Below are positions 45,801-58,520 of a DNA stretch of 64,000 bases, piece after piece; position 1 is the stretch's first letter; every line of letters begins with the position of its first letter. The stretch covers positions 19,778,995 to 19,842,994 of the forward strand of contig OZ037765.1 in assembly GCA_964035545.1 (NCBI GenBank). The letters run 5' to 3'. The DNA comes from Bugula neritina (lineage: Eukaryota > Animalia > Bryozoa). The position numbers were made by a program, and so were the translations under genes. A model generated the notes under the pieces. It was not told the DNA's origin. It did not search any database and saw only the letters and a list, made by a program, of their open reading frames with translations.

Positions 45801-48800
45801 TCGCGTACCATCGAGGTTTATCCCCGACTTGCCTTGGATCATAAATACCAGTCTGCACTCTCATGAAGGCAAGGTTGGAGGGGCTCAGAGACCACTCGGT
45901 GTAGAATTCCACAGCCTGCCAAGTGTAGCTCATAAGGTAGTGGTTGACAAATAGCGGGCAACTATGCTAACTTTACAAGAACACACATCCTGCTTAGCTA
46001 CATATTTTAAATGTTTTTCGCAAGAAAAGTACAAAACATCAATATAATTCTCTCCAACGCTATGGATTATACTCAGCAGGGACAATCCTTGGCCCAGGAA
46101 GACCCTATTCAATCATATTACTCCGCAGTTAATGTGTTTATGAAGATAATAATATAACGTCAATATTTCTATCAAGTATTATAAGATAAAACTGCTAGTT
46201 GCATGGGTAGAGTTTTGAAATCAATAAGAATAAGAAAAATCAATGATTGAAATGAAGTATAATGAACTGACATATTGATAATACAGACAGCTAGCCCGTT
46301 GTATCTAATCACCGTTAGTGTATTACGTTCATCTGAATGCAAGGTGTATTAAATGCACAACAATCTATCCAGAGTAAAATGGCCATATATCATCAGTGTA
46401 GGCCGTAATTTTCAACACCTTAGTGTAATATAACATAAAATGCACTTTGACTAAAAAGCACCTTAAGATATACAAAGAGTTCTTTTCAGTTTTATTATCT
46501 TGGTTTTTGTCTGCTTTTACTTCACTTCAATTACATCGCAGCTATAAAAGTTTTTTGACTTTATGACTCAGCAATAGTGAAACATGGTGAATTTTAAAGG
46601 CGCTGTTCTGTTTTTAAATTCCCAATAGAATAGCTTAGTTCTTGAAAATGATATATCAGTGTGAAGTCAATTACCGCATACAAATGTATTCACGTTCGAA
46701 AGTTCTTAGAACTTTTTTCAGTATCAATTAAACTGTATAAACTATGACTAAATAGTGTCAGCAAATGTTGGCAGTGCCAGAAAAAGATAGCTTGTAGTAG
46801 CTATGACCAACTTTCTATTTGATACTGGAGTAAGTTACAACACTTGGCCTACCAATATTACCGGATATTACTATTGAGTTCTGCACCGCATTGAGCTCTA
46901 GCGCAACAGTTAAGGAGAACAGCTGCTTCTCTATAGACATCTGTGTGAGCTCACCTGTGTGCTGGCCAGCCTGCAGATGAAAAGCGTCTTAGTGGGTCGA
47001 GATTTGATGAAACTGGCGAGTTGAAAGCCAACAACGGGTCTAGGATAAAGCCTGAGTATCCTAGTGTGCTCCTGAATATTACCCAGTATATTGGGGGAGG
47101 CGAAGAACCGAACCTACATAGGAAATATGCACAAGTGCTGGTGAAATATGCTTTCATGAGTCAATGAAACTGTCTTTCATGTCACATGATTACTAGTAGT
47201 TGACAGGACAGCCATGCTTGAGCTAGTTTAGATAAGGCATGAATAGAGCATCTCATATATAACAATACTTCAACATGCTCAAAAGGTTAAAAGTGTGTAT
47301 ATAAGTAATGGCCAGGAGTAGAATATATTCATATGCAAAACACACCAAACAACAATTGTGTATTGTTCTGAATTAAAACAAAATGTAGATAAAAATCAAA
47401 TTTTATGACGTGCCATTCATTCCGAAGCGCCAAAACTTATTATGTACGACTGTACGAATAAAATAGAGGTATGAAACAAAGTAGTAAAAAGTCAAATGAA
47501 AAACATTCTAGGAAAAAGTACAACTTCTTAGCCTTTGTTATTGGCTTTCTAACTCGAGGGTTATAGATTTTAACAAAATATTATAAAGATTTAAGAATGA
47601 TCTTTTCATTCAAACCATTAAGTATTATATCAAGTGGGACTGTAGAAGGTGGTAGTATTAGCAGTATAATCTGCTATTACTAGCTGATTAACACATCTTC
47701 TTGTAGACACACAGACAGCCTATGATATCATAAACCAACAGAATGAAGTATATATAGCAGCTTCAATAAAATCAAACAGCTTATATTCTTGCAGCAAATA
47801 TACAAAAATTTGCTTTTAACAAAACTCAAGTAAATACTAAAACAAGACATGTGAAACATTTCTACAGCTTTAGCTAGATACAGCTGTTACAAGATGAGTG
47901 TGTAGTAGACTATACCGTACCATAGCTACTCTAGTGGCAACATCTACGCTGTCTATATCATTCCCATAGATGAATGGATTGAAGGAGCGGCCCTGCTGTT
48001 GAGCTGCTAAGTTTTCAGCCTGTTTATTTCCTTTCTGCTGCTTAACTACCAGCTCATCCAGATTCTTGACTGGCTGAGAGGAGCCACTCATACTGGCAAG
48101 TGACTGAAATTATATAAAAACAATTTCTAGGAGAACAAACAAGAGACAAGTTTTATACATTTATAAACTTTTACCGAACTGCCTAACAAACTAGTACTCC
48201 TCCCCTCCAAGCACACGATAAGCCCATTTTATTGTAATTTGCAGAATAGTGTTTCACGGCTGATAATATAAGAACAAGTTTTATGATTTAGCAAATTTCA
48301 ACTAGTAACAAAAATCTGCTTGTCTAGAAAGCTAACACCTGAAGATGTTGAGAAAAAATTTTTATTTACTGATTTAGCTTTTGAAAATTACATAGAAATT
48401 AGTGTTGTGTGCACCAGTCTTACCTGTTTAAAATGAGTTCTCAACATAGTTCCTTCAGGCTCAGGGAGGGGTGGCAATTGGCCCGCCAAGCCTGGGGGAA
48501 CAGTGACAGAATCTGAGTCTAAGTCAAATAGCCATACGTCATTGGGAAGGCAAGTTTTTCTTGTTTGTCCAAAGCATGCAGGAATACCAATTATGTATGG
48601 AGTAGGCGCATATAAGAGCTGCAGAAAATCAATAAAGTAATTACGGCATATGAGTACGTGGTACAGAGTTGGCTAATGGGTTTTAGGATACTGGCCTAGC
48701 ATCATATGTGTAGATAAAAGGCTGTAACAACTACGTCAAGTTTCACAGTATTTATTATAAAATATGAAACTGGGTTATACAAATCTATAGAGGCAAGTTC

Positions 48801-51800
48801 AAGGACAGTTATACCATCTACCTTTAAAAAAACAATAAAAGCTATATTATCAAAGAATGAAATGGGATATAAAAATGGTCAAGCTCGACAATATACAGTA
48901 TAGTAAGATAAGTAAGTGTTGATAATTTTAAAATATCTAGATGAAAATAAGGAGCTAGAAAATCCCGGTTGCAACAAGAAATATGTGATATGATGGTTGG
49001 GTGATGGATAGAGATGCTGGTAGTATTGGTCTAGTTTTCATTCATACAGTCACATGCACTTTGCAAGCCTCGGGTATTCTCATAATTAGCGTTGGAGTTG
49101 AGAAAGAAATTGCTGGGTTTTAATTAACTGATAAATGACAAGATAAGTGATATGTAAAACATTTTCATCGCATTATGTTGAAGTGTTAAGCATTATGCGT
49201 CTCTGAGGAAGTAGATTAAATTGTGTAGGCAATAGTTGAAACATAATGGATCCTAGTAAAAGTTGAATAGAAAGAACTAGAAACTCTTGTGTGATCTGTG
49301 TAATATAGCAGCAGTAAGAAACTATCATTGAATGGGAACTATCTATTCAAATATTGAATATCAGAACCAAGTGTATCTAAATGGTCAGATAAAACACAAA
49401 CAGCTTCTCAACGTTGCATCACCTCAAAACGTCACCAGTTTACAGAGAAAGAAATCCTATCATTTACCAAAACTAACATTCAGCTTATATCTTTGTATTC
49501 AGAAATACAAAATCTACAAGTTTCACAACTAAAACTCTCTCTCTCTAGTAAAGTGTAGTACAAAGGTGATAACAAACATAATAGGAATTGCAAAGGCAAG
49601 TGAATGCTACATTATAAATGACACTACATTAGAGATGACACTACATTATATGGAGTAGGATGCGAATCAGGTTCAACAAAAAAAAGGTCATCCCTTTTAA
49701 TATCAATTACTTTTCGTATTGATGAATAATTAAATTGCATATCACAAAATAAATGTTCCAGTCAATACACTTTATCTATACACATATATTTCATCTGATA
49801 ATTGCTCATATAAGAAAAGTCACGTAGTCATTATATATACATATAAAGAGGCAAGGCACCTGAGATTGTAAACTGGGGAAAATATACACAATTTCTCAAA
49901 CTATGAAACAATCAAAACATGTGAGCAAACCAGCAAAAATGCGGAACAAATCCAATTGCTATTACTATATAGACTAAGACCTGACTTAGGTGATAAATGG
50001 TTAGTCTAAATGGAAGTAGCACATCTAGTAGTTACATTTTTGCTCTAATTCAGGTTAAACTTATCAATTCCAATCACCTGCACAAAATAGACTCTAAATT
50101 GAGTGTAAATTTTAAATTTTTGAAGAGTTGGATTTCTCCTGCAATTGCAATTTTTCTTCTTCTAATCTTTCCAGCCATAACCAACTAATTTTATCTTTCA
50201 TATACTATCATTTCTAAGCTATTAAAATAACTATTCATATATTGTAAAAATATACACCCTTGATGAAATTCTGTTCAACATCAACATATCCTTATAGCTA
50301 CTTTAATTCAAGCTTTCAACGGAAACTCACCTGTTCAGAGTTAACTAGACTGGCAGGTAGGAGTGGAATGACAGGAAACATATACTCAAGTGGGTAGATG
50401 AGTGCCACCAGGGCCAGCACTGTCATAGACAGCACATTGTAGTCCCTTGACATCAGCAATACCTACAGTAATGTATACTGAAGTTCACCACCGGCAAACC
50501 AGTAATTTTAATTCATACTTTGACTAAGTTATATTTCCCAGAAACTGGGTGGCTAACAACTGACTGTCCTGACAGCCTACTAAACAGTGTCAGAGTATTA
50601 CACTGTGTGTAGCCCACACTAAGAGTATGCCATGGTCAGAAGGGTTAGCAGGTATATGATGTCATTACAGTTTTCATGATATATAGAGTTGACAGTTAGA
50701 CGGTATATAAAATGCAACACAAGTAACACACCTTGTGCTCCAGTATGATGCATTCTAACACTTGTATGCACTTCTCTACGCCAAGTAGATCCAGAGGTAA
50801 ATGAAGTGGGAAATCCACCAAAGAGAATCTTGTTTGGTCGGGTAATGCCAAGATATGAGGCTGGCCGACAGATTCTGGCACTATGTGCAGCTGAAATATT
50901 AACCTTATGAACATATTTAAATGAACAACAAAAATCGTATTAATGATAAATGTTATATAAAACATTAATTATTATCCATCGACAGTCTATGTGATAATAC
51001 AAATGTTAAGACCTGCATGATAACATCAGGGAATTGAAATAAGTAAGGAAACGATACAATACACATGAATGAGTGTATACTGTGCACAAGGTATATACGT
51101 GTGTGCACCTGGAGATAGCATTTGCCTGGTACAGGAACTGGAGAACTAAGAAGTCTGTATATCCACGTCTCAATCTGCTTGACCCAGTGGAGGACTGTCG
51201 GGTCAGCTGACTCTGTGACACTGCTCAGCATGTACTTCCATATCAGGTTTCTTTAAAAACAAGTAAAATGAAAATATGAAGAGCCTAAAATAAATCCCCA
51301 GTCTGAAACCGTTCCACATCATCATGCAAGGAACTAAACAACACACCATGCAGTTTAAATGCAAGACTTATAGCTAGCTCCATGATGCATACCTCACTCT
51401 GCGCTTGTCGCATTTCTTTTTATATGCAGCGGCATTGCACACATCTATCAGTTTAATTAGCACATTCAGACATTCACGGAACGTGTCAAACAAAGCGTGG
51501 TGACTGATGAGGCAGAGAGAGGTCAAGGTATGTGACCTCAAGGCCTTCACTCGCATGCTATGAACACTCCTGGCACCTCCCTCATTAGAGCTCGTACTCT
51601 CCAAGCTGGTTTGTTGTGGCAACGATTTGTACTTTCTTTTGAACGGTCTATAGAAATTCAAACAAGTACCATATCGCCTCCTGCCGGAGTCTTTGTCAGT
51701 TAGAGCGAATATGAAGGATTGCCTGTCACGCTGGGACATGTGTTTAGCACCAATAGTTGAACATCCTTCTGGCTGGCAGAAGAAGGCAGTGTCTGGTGGT

Positions 51801-51946
51801 AGAATGAAGTCTTCATGGTCGTTTGGTGGGTATCGGCGGAGGATTTCCGGTTGCTGCGCTGTTTCACTGTCTATAGATGGATTGGCATTGCCAACAATTG
51901 CAACATAGTCAACAAGTCTGGGACAGAAGTATTTCAGTGGCTCCAT
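33840..51946 (-). CDS. MADD: MAP kinase-activating death domain protein / Rab3-Rab27 GEF (DENN domain; AEX-3 / Rab3-GEF ortholog); 26 coding exons, ~1429 aa
   Basis: Exons 5'->3': 51946-51393, 51250-51109, 50890-50732, 50462-50331, 48618-48424, 48103-47921, 47113-46955, 45915-45711, 45468-45323, 44877-44734, 44318-44229, 43740-43635, 43007-42797, 42228-42042, 41630-41342, 40929-40825, 40485-40370, 39428-39260, 39163-39043, 38627-38411, 38032-37760, 37500-37428, 37088-36982, 35131-35059, 34379-34336, 33929-33840 (4290 nt, phases consistent). Diagnostic motifs: [20 protein letters not shown]...[108 protein letters not shown]. Exons in the low-complexity middle are less certain. Confidence 0.95.
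37280..37410. repeat. Dispersed repeat with ACTGTAGTACTGAGTG minisatellite (copy 1)
   Basis: AAATTATCATTTTACAGAATACAAG...CCTAACTATAATAT followed by GTAGTACTGAGTG units; homologous to 38760-38935. Confidence 0.8.
38760..38935. repeat. Dispersed repeat with ACTGTAGTACTGAGTG minisatellite (copy 2)
   Basis: Same ~60-bp leader followed by about six 16-21-bp tandem units. Confidence 0.85.
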
Positions 51947-53719
51947 CAACGCCGTATTTTTACAGTTCTGAAAAGAAATAGACTGCTCACATAAAACGGT
52001 ACACATTTTCTATTAACAGTATTTTCTTAAACATGCACTTGAAGAGTAAAATAAACAGGTTGAAGACCCAAACAGTGTACAAGCTTACACTGATAAAAAA
52101 TCAATTTTCCTAAAATGAGCAACTTTAAAAACGTGTTTTCTAAAATTGATATTAATCATTTCAATAGAAAGCTCACACGCTATAAGTTTTAAGCATGATA
52201 GCCAGAGCTAGAAAAAAATTGATGCAGTTTATAAATTTCCATTTCCATTAATTAGACATTTCAGATATGAAAAAGTATTATTATAATATTGACTATAATA
52301 GTAATCTGCCTTATGTTGATCATTGTTATTATCAATAGTTGAAATAGCACTAGCTGTGTTGCCGGGTAGCTGTGAGTAGTAGTAGTAGTACTGAGTTAGT
52401 TTACTATCATTTATTCAGTATGAGACCACCAACAATTGCCAACCTTAAAGTATTAAGCAGGTGTCCATGATGTTTAATCTACAAATAGAACCTTAATAAT
52501 TCTTACAACTTTGAGTGATAATTTTACATATGATTATGAGTCTCATAATGATGATTTTACAATAATCTTTATTGCTTTCATGTAAACAAATATTGCATTT
52601 GTATTTTTTATTCCATCACTAGAAATTAATTGTATATTATGCTAATTCAAATAATTTTCAACAAAAATTGTGATTATGCTAATACAACTACATAATAAAA
52701 TTTATTAAAAAAAATATATTTAGCAATCAATGAGGAAAAATTAAAAGCTGTAAGTTTTGTGATAAAAACAAAGCTACTATTAATCTCAGTAAATCCTAGC
52801 TCCTGAACTTTATGTACAAAGAATATATGAAAAAATTAGACCTGCTAGAAGAATGCATAAGGCCCTTAATCAAAAGTGTTTCAATTCAAATTGATCATTA
52901 ATAAATATTTATAACAAAAAAGACAGTATGGTTATGATTGCGCATAGCAATATTATAATATAACAACTAACAAAGCAATTACCATGATCACAATCATAAG
53001 CAGCAAATATAACGCAAGTTTAAATCCTAAGTTTAATTATAGTAGTACTGTTATAAGCCTATTAAAATTGGTAATACTATTGGTCAGACATACTTATAGT
53101 AATATATATAATATATTGATGCTTACATCTAAATCTACTTTATTAGTTTATAGCATAATCTAGAGGCAAATCAGATTTGCACTTGGAAATTCGAAGAGAA
53201 CCAATGATAATGAACAGTCATGATCATGATTAGATAATCACGGGAATATCAATACAAATTTAGTAATGCTAAATCTAATCCTACACCAGTGATCATTGCA
53301 ACTGTGATTCGCTGATTATTAATAAGATTTCCATTGTAAGTGTATTACGTATGCACGTAATACTTGTGATTGAGTCTAATTCTATCAATGTTGCTACTGG
53401 TATGAGCAGTAGAAATCATCTTTGTTAATATTATTATCAATTTTTTTATTTACATTATTTCAATTTAAATTTGTAATAAACTATTATTTATTAATCATTA
53501 TGATTATAATTATTTCAATTCATGGTTAATTCTAATCTAATTCCCTACAGTTACTGCTAGAGTAAGAGTTACCTTTAACTTTAAGTTTATACTAGGTCTA
53601 TAAGTATAATAAATGACAAGTTTTTAAGCTATAAGTTATAAATATATGAATCTTCATAATGATAATGATAATCTGTTAATCACTAGTCAGTTTTATCAAA
53701 TTTAATATAAGTTACAGTG

Positions 53720-53910
53720 CAGTGATACTCATACTGATACTCATAGTCACACTCAGAGTCATAGTGAGTAATAGTATCATAGTCATAGTGATACTGATAG
53801 TCATACTCTGATATTCAATCATACTGATAGTAATACTAATACTAATAGTAATACTAATACTAATAGTTATACTAAATGTAATAGTTAAACTTAATGTTAT
53901 ACTAATACTT
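53720..53910. repeat. Degenerate hexamer tandem repeats (GATACT/CATAGT/AATACT)
   Basis: Direct read, e.g. tagtaatactaatactaatagtaatactaatactaatag. Confidence 0.7.
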
Positions 53911-54439
53911 ATTTTCTTATTCAGTTATACTTATTCAGTTATTGTAGTTATTGAACATGAATACAAAAGTAAACTGATATTTTATTACAGATTACACAGC
54001 TTAAGTTACAGTGTAACAGTGCAACACCAAAGAATAAAGAAGCGAAATGTGAGTGGGTTTCAGAAAGTCAAAGTGAAAGTGATCCAAAAAATTACAGCTA
54101 GTCGTAAGAATACCCCAATCAAACCTCATCGAGTTATAAGATGAGCTTCAATAAGTTTTTGCTGCGCAAATCAATAATATTGAATAAGCCTCCAAGTTAC
54201 ACAATCCTGTTAGTTTCCGGGGAGCTTTCTCATCTAATGTATATTGTAGAGTTACCTCCTTTCTGTAATCAATCGATGACAACTACATTATTTTCTCAAT
54301 TATAATGTTATATCTTAGAGTTACCCTACCTACAATTATAGGTAGGATAACTACTTATCGTGTATACATTACTTTACATACTTGATCTTTCACAACACAA
54401 TAAAATCACTAATAAAATGCAGCTCAGTCAAGAAGCATT

Positions 54440-55120
54440 CTGTTACACGCTGTATAGAAGCACAGAAGCAGTCAATAGTAGCACCATTGGCTGAAATATT
54501 ATGGATAAAACATTGCAGAATAGGAGGTTGAAAAGTGTTGAGAAAAATGAAATATGGCCAAGAAGCACATAAGGATGCATGGTATCAAAACAGAAACCAT
54601 CAAGATAGGCTAAATAACTTGTTACTCAAATTGAACTGACCAAAAAAATTATGAACTGTTTGCAAGATCAACGAAAATTATTCCTTTTTACATCAAAAAT
54701 ATTTATATGTTCTGGAAAGCAAAGGCAAAGGCCAGACTTAAAGAACTGCAAATAAATACATGCACTTACTTTTAGATCTCTACAGATTATGTGCAACTCT
54801 GATAAAATTTAAGGCTAGAAAAACTCTAGATGTGATACAACTTTAGAACTAACAATATTCAGAAGCCAGTGTTTCGTCGTTATAATCACATTCACAAACT
54901 TTCAGGAATACAACACCAATGTTGCACGTGCATGTGCATTAGTAATTATAAGAAAATTGATCATTAGCATTTGGTTCAGCGGGATTTCCCAAAGTATAAA
55001 AAAACTAGGAGATATGTAAGGCATGCAGTAAAAAAAATTTTTCACAAACATTATTACAGCTACAGAGCAGATAAAATACAAAAAAAAAGAGTGAAGCAGG
55101 AAAATACAATATCATTCAAC
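54440..55120 (+). pseudogene. Possible heavily decayed DNA-transposase relic (RAG1/Transib/Chapaev-like C-terminal motifs)
   Basis: Purine-rich + strand with broken frames giving TTPMLHVHVH...GSLA/WFSG..SIKKLGD...FTN, loosely recalling the T-P-x-x-H-x(3-4)-H...F-S-x-x-G-x-E-K pattern. Motif recall only. Confidence 0.22.
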
Positions 55121-58100
55121 TTTTTGTGCTGTCAGAGAACATGATGAGGAAAGTAGACTGGCTGGCTAGCGGTGTCATGAGAATAAAGATATTTCACCAT
55201 TTGGTTTGCAGAGGCAGAACTTGGCTGACAAAATAAAAGTAATAAGATTGCATGAGGAGAATTACAACGTAATGGGAAAAATGTCTTGAACAAAATTGAA
55301 CCATGCAGGAGCAGGTGAAAATAACATTAACAGCTAAGCAGTAGCTGAATGAACAGCATTTAGTTTATAAAATATAATCCATGAGGAAGAAATAAAAAAA
55401 GTGACATACTGATATAATATTTAAAAAGAAAATGATCCTTATTAAGAGTTAATGCATCTTATCAGCAAAGTTATATAGAACAAATACAAAAATGTTGACA
55501 AAAATTGCACAAAAAATAAATAACTTAATTGGTAAAAAATTTGAGAGAAAGGGGTGCATTAATTCACATTATATAATACATGCAATGATAAGAAAGCAAA
55601 ATATAGATGAGTTTAGAAAAAACAGGAGAGCTGGGTCGTGGAAATGTTTATTAAACAGCAAACAGTACATTGGCCAAGAAATCACAGATGGATGTCAAGC
55701 TGTTATGTGAAGAGCAGAAGATGAAAGCTAATAAGCTAAACCAATTTGAGAAACTGCAAAAAACAAATCCAACTGGACTTTAATGGAAGAAGCATGCTGA
55801 GGCCCCTGTCCCTATGAAACACAAATATAAAATAAAAATACGATGATAATTATTACTTATAATGAATAATGTTGGTTTGATATATGCTGTATATGCTTTA
55901 TATCAAGGCTTCAATAGCAATAATGATAAATATTGCTTAAAATATGAGGTGATAGAGTCCAGCACTCAGGCATTTTTTATCAGAGAGCATAACTCTATCA
56001 AGTAAAATAAAAATGCAATTTGTTAAAGAGCAGACAATTTTCAAACAGTAACTGTGTTATTATAGCTCACTTGTATAATGCATAGTTGACAGAGATAACA
56101 ATAACTTTATGCAGTTGGCATCTAGTAAGCCACCATTTTTATCTATATGCTGCTCCTGTTGATTTTGAGTCGCTTATTTTATTGACCTGGAAGCAGCGAT
56201 TACAGGCTCTCAGAGCAGCTATAAAATATTCGTACAAAACTCGTAAAGGTGTGCATACAAGACTACACGCAAAAAGTTTTAAAACGTTAAATCAAACTAT
56301 AAAACTATGATGCAGCAGTATTATTCAGTGAAGATGTTTTTAGTTTTCACACTGTTGGCCTTTAGCAAAATGGAGTTGCTTACTCATTAAATGCCAGTTT
56401 CCTTATATTGTTCACTTCTCATTAGAAACTACAAGGTGACTATAATACAATAACAAGGCAGCAAAAGGTGTTAGATGTGCAGTGCAACGAATAAAATTAA
56501 CACGCATATATACTGAGTAAATTTGAGAAGCTGGCACAGTGCAAGAAAGTAAACAGAATATAAGAGATTGATGGTCACTAGGAATTGTATTGAATATATA
56601 AATTATTTATGTTGAATCAGTAATAAAAAAAGACACAAAATGATATTATAAGATACTAGCAGACACTGGCCAGGATCATTAAATCCAAGAGGCCAGATAT
56701 TAAAACTTCTGCTTCAGAAGCAATAGTAATCAATAAAAAAGTTTTTCGCAAAAGTAAAAATTTAGAGATTTGAACCAAAGGACTAGAAATCCCTTTCATT
56801 TAGAAAACTTCAGTAATTAGAGCTTATGGGCTACATCAGGATTGGCTGGAACTGCTTGGAACAGCTGAGCAAAATTGCATGTTGATTCAACAGACAGTCT
56901 TACTAGCATTAATTAGCATTTTGAGAAAAGTCCTACTTATTAGCAAAACCAGTTTGATGTAGGGAATCAGTCCAGCAACAGCTGCAGCACAACAAGTAAG
57001 AATATTAATGGCACATAAAATCATTGTCTTGCAAAACAGTTTAAACATTATGCAAAGTATGAAAACATTTAATGCAGAATAGAGATCGCTTCATTATCTT
57101 AAATTTGATTTTAGCACATGCATGTTGTAGTCATTTAGACATACTATATTTCTATATATTAAGTATATTGCACTCTAAAATCAATAATATGTAACTTATA
57201 GTTTGGTTTTCTGTCCATCGATCTGGCCATTTTGTTTATTTCAAAACCTGAAACTCAATACAAGGCTATTATAGTGACTCAATTAGTAATTTTAGTACAT
57301 GTTTAATTCAACTGTATGTTGTATCAGCATGTATCAGCATGTATCAGCTACAGTTTGGGTGTCAAGGTGTCTGTTAGGTGCTTGCATGTAGTCATTAGCA
57401 TATTCTGAGAGTATAGCTGCCATCTATAGTGATATAAATGCCTACACCCTGTGCAATGAACAAATCAGTATGGAAAGCTTTAAATAATTTCGAATCTATG
57501 AAATGAAACATGGTATATTTATTTCAACCAACTCCTTGTGTGGTTTACACATGTATTACCAGCCTATAATGAAAGTATGACAATTTGTTTAAACCTCTAC
57601 ATCTATTTTTGATTTGCTAAGAATAATAATTTGACAGATCGTTCAATATATGATAGCTATCGGAAATAATTTAAACAGAAGATAAAGCTGACCATCTATC
57701 AATGAGCAAATTAAACATGCATGGCTGTCATATTTTATTCAACTATCAAAGGTGTTTAATAGATGTGTGCACAAGAATAGAATATCATTTTGATGTCAAT
57801 TTTAAAAACATATTGTGTAGAGTATTGCCTGCTCAGGAAAACGTTTTTTAGCATAGGGTTAAGAAAATTTTTAGTTAATTCATAATTATTTCCATGTTTT
57901 ATGCTGTTAGTCTTTATCAACATAATTCATAATGTAATATGTTCCTTCTATTCTAAACTAAAACCAATAATTATTTTGCTATCTACAGCCAGTAAATGGC
58001 AAATTATATTTTTATAAATAAAAAAGGCGTATTTTGTGCATCATATGTAAAAAAATTATGTAATATTTTGCACGAAATTTAGGCAGCACGAAAATCTTGA

Positions 58101-58407
58101 TGATTTAAACATTATGTAAATTATATACAAAATTAATTGCTTATTAGTTGAAATATATGTTACATATTATGCAAATTATAAATGCTAAAACATGATGCCA
58201 GCCTTTATTAGTTGTCAGCTATTCAATCATATGATGATTACATAATTTGCATTTTTATTGATAAAATCATTAGTTTCATCCAAACTGTAAAAGTGTGGGT
58301 GGGTCACGATACTTAATTGCTCTGTGCAAACTCTAAAACAGCTGTTGTACACAATATATTCAGTTGTATAAAAATATACGCTAATTCACACTGTCTGCAC
58401 ACTGTAT

Positions 58408-58520
58408 ACACACACACAACACACACAACACACACAACACACACAACACACACAACACACACACAACACACACAACACACACAACACACACAACACACAC
58501 AACACACACAACACATACAC
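58408..58520. repeat. (CAACACACA)n 9-bp CA-rich microsatellite
   Basis: Direct read; it generates the spurious CV/CCV/HTQ ORFs. Confidence 0.95.

Noticed and set aside
53950-54330. Candidate MADD promoter / non-coding first exon (an acceptor at 51968 implies an upstream exon; CCGGAA on - at ~54214)
   Set aside because: Several possible donors and no way to choose among them without transcript data.
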